64,000 nt of DNA from Mobula hypostoma (Eukaryota). The stretch spans positions 23,562,001 to 23,626,000 of the forward strand of contig NC_086097.1 of assembly GCF_963921235.1 (NCBI RefSeq). Direction: 5' to 3'. Positions within the stretch are counted from its first letter, which is position 1, and each line of letters opens with the position of its first letter. Under the pieces are notes generated by a model. That model was not told the origin of the DNA. It made no database searches and worked only from the letters and a program-made list of their open reading frames with translations. A program made the translations under genes and the position numbers. This document shows, one piece after another, positions 62,959-64,000 of the stretch.

Positions 62959-63650
62959 TGTAGCGCTCCGGCTGCCCTCAGGGTTGCTCAGCTCGCTGTC
63001 GTCTAGGTTAACAGCCTCGGCCCCGCCAAACTGGATAATTCGTTTGTGTGGATGCTATGTGATGTACCCCACCCCACCCAAATAACAGACAATACACCAG
63101 ATGCAATTAAATGATTTATAGTTTATAGATATTACTGGAACTATATAATTAAGAGAGAATAAAATATAAAAGGAAAATAAAAGGCGCCACACTTATCAAA
63201 GTTCAATCTCTTCGTGCACAAAACAGTTGGAGCTCAAGGACCTTCTTCTTCACCCTGCGACCCCTCGGACCACCTCGACTGGCCGCCTGGGACCAACAAT
63301 GGTGGTCGACCAGACGCTCCACACAAGTCTGTCTCCGTCTCCTCGCCGAACGCCCTCCTCAGGGTCTGACCCCGTTAGTGGACATCACAGCACATCGTCC
63401 ATCCTCTGTCTCGCTCTCCCGCCTTCTGCCCCAAAACCCCGCGCATACAGTATCTTCAAATACACCAAAACCATAACAACTATCCCAATTGGTTAATAGC
63501 ACCCTCTAATCACCCTCTAAACAAAAACAAACTGCTAGCGCAAACTTTCTCAGCGTTTAACACAACAAAGCCGCATTCCCCACATTAACATAACAAAGAT
63601 GCCATTTTAATTAGCCTCCGCAGTAACATAAAAGTCGAAACCCCCTTACA
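62959..63650. mobile_element. Solo LTR (692 bp; Gypsy- or ERV-type)
   Basis: TGTA...TACA termini; 4-bp TSD cata (62955-62958, 63651-63654); CpG-rich; interrupts a repeat homologous to 49985-50360. Confidence 0.88.
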
Positions 63651-63923
63651 CATATGTTGTGGAATCAATACATTCAGTGTGATTGTGGTTAATTTATGCT
63701 GGAGTGAGCTCCTCTTCTGTGCCTGTTGCCCCCAACCATTAATTTCTTGATCTTTCACATACTTGGCTATCTCGAGTTTAAATATACCCATAATGTGGCT
63801 TCCACCACACCCTGGAGCAGAGAGTTCCAGAGATTCACTACCGTCCAGAGTCACTGAGTCATAGAGTGTTACAGTGCGAAACAGGCCCTTCAGCCCATCT
63901 AGTATGTGCTGCTCTATCTAGTC

Positions 63924-63994
63924 CAGGGGTCCCCAACCTTTTTTGTGCCATGAACCAATGCCATTAAGTAATGGACCCCAGGTTGGGAACCCCT
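63924..63994. mobile_element. About 71-bp hAT-Charlie MITE
   Basis: caggggtccccaacc ... ggttgggaacccct; left TIR identical to that of 622-2605; flanks atctagtc / partial agtc. Confidence 0.85.
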
Positions 63995-64000
63995 AGTCCC

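Noticed and set aside
63227..63496. 89-aa ORF in the LTR
   Set aside because: It lies wholly within a solo LTR, starts at a non-ATG codon and shows no gag or env features.

Overview
Eukaryotic (vertebrate) DNA that is intronic or intergenic and dominated by transposable elements. The repeat set (CR1 LINEs, tRNA-derived V-domain SINEs, decayed Deu-domain SINEs, Rex1/Babar and RTE relatives, Penelope-like elements, Tc1/mariner, pogo and hAT DNA transposons) points to a cartilaginous fish, probably a ray; this is an inference. I recognised no intact host protein-coding gene, rRNA, tRNA or CRISPR array, and almost all listed ORFs are TE fragments or chance frames. Main observations: (1) Penelope-derived short repeats carry a minimal type-I hammerhead ribozyme. 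Two copies have an intact core (24869-24904 +, 53353-53388 -), three TSD-bounded 100-135 bp insertions begin at the ribozyme's 5' stem, and several copies form back-to-back inverted pairs. (2) A decayed hAT-Charlie transposon has mismatched flanks, and three 71-81 bp MITEs share its TIR. (3) A fold-back mariner element is built from duplicated ends. (4) There is a three-layer nested CR1/CR1/ribozyme insertion, a solo LTR with a 4-bp TSD, a perfect 38-bp palindrome, and TE-free islands with PBX/HOX/MEIS motifs that may be enhancers. Family names come from pattern recognition, not database searches, and boundaries of old fragments are approximate.
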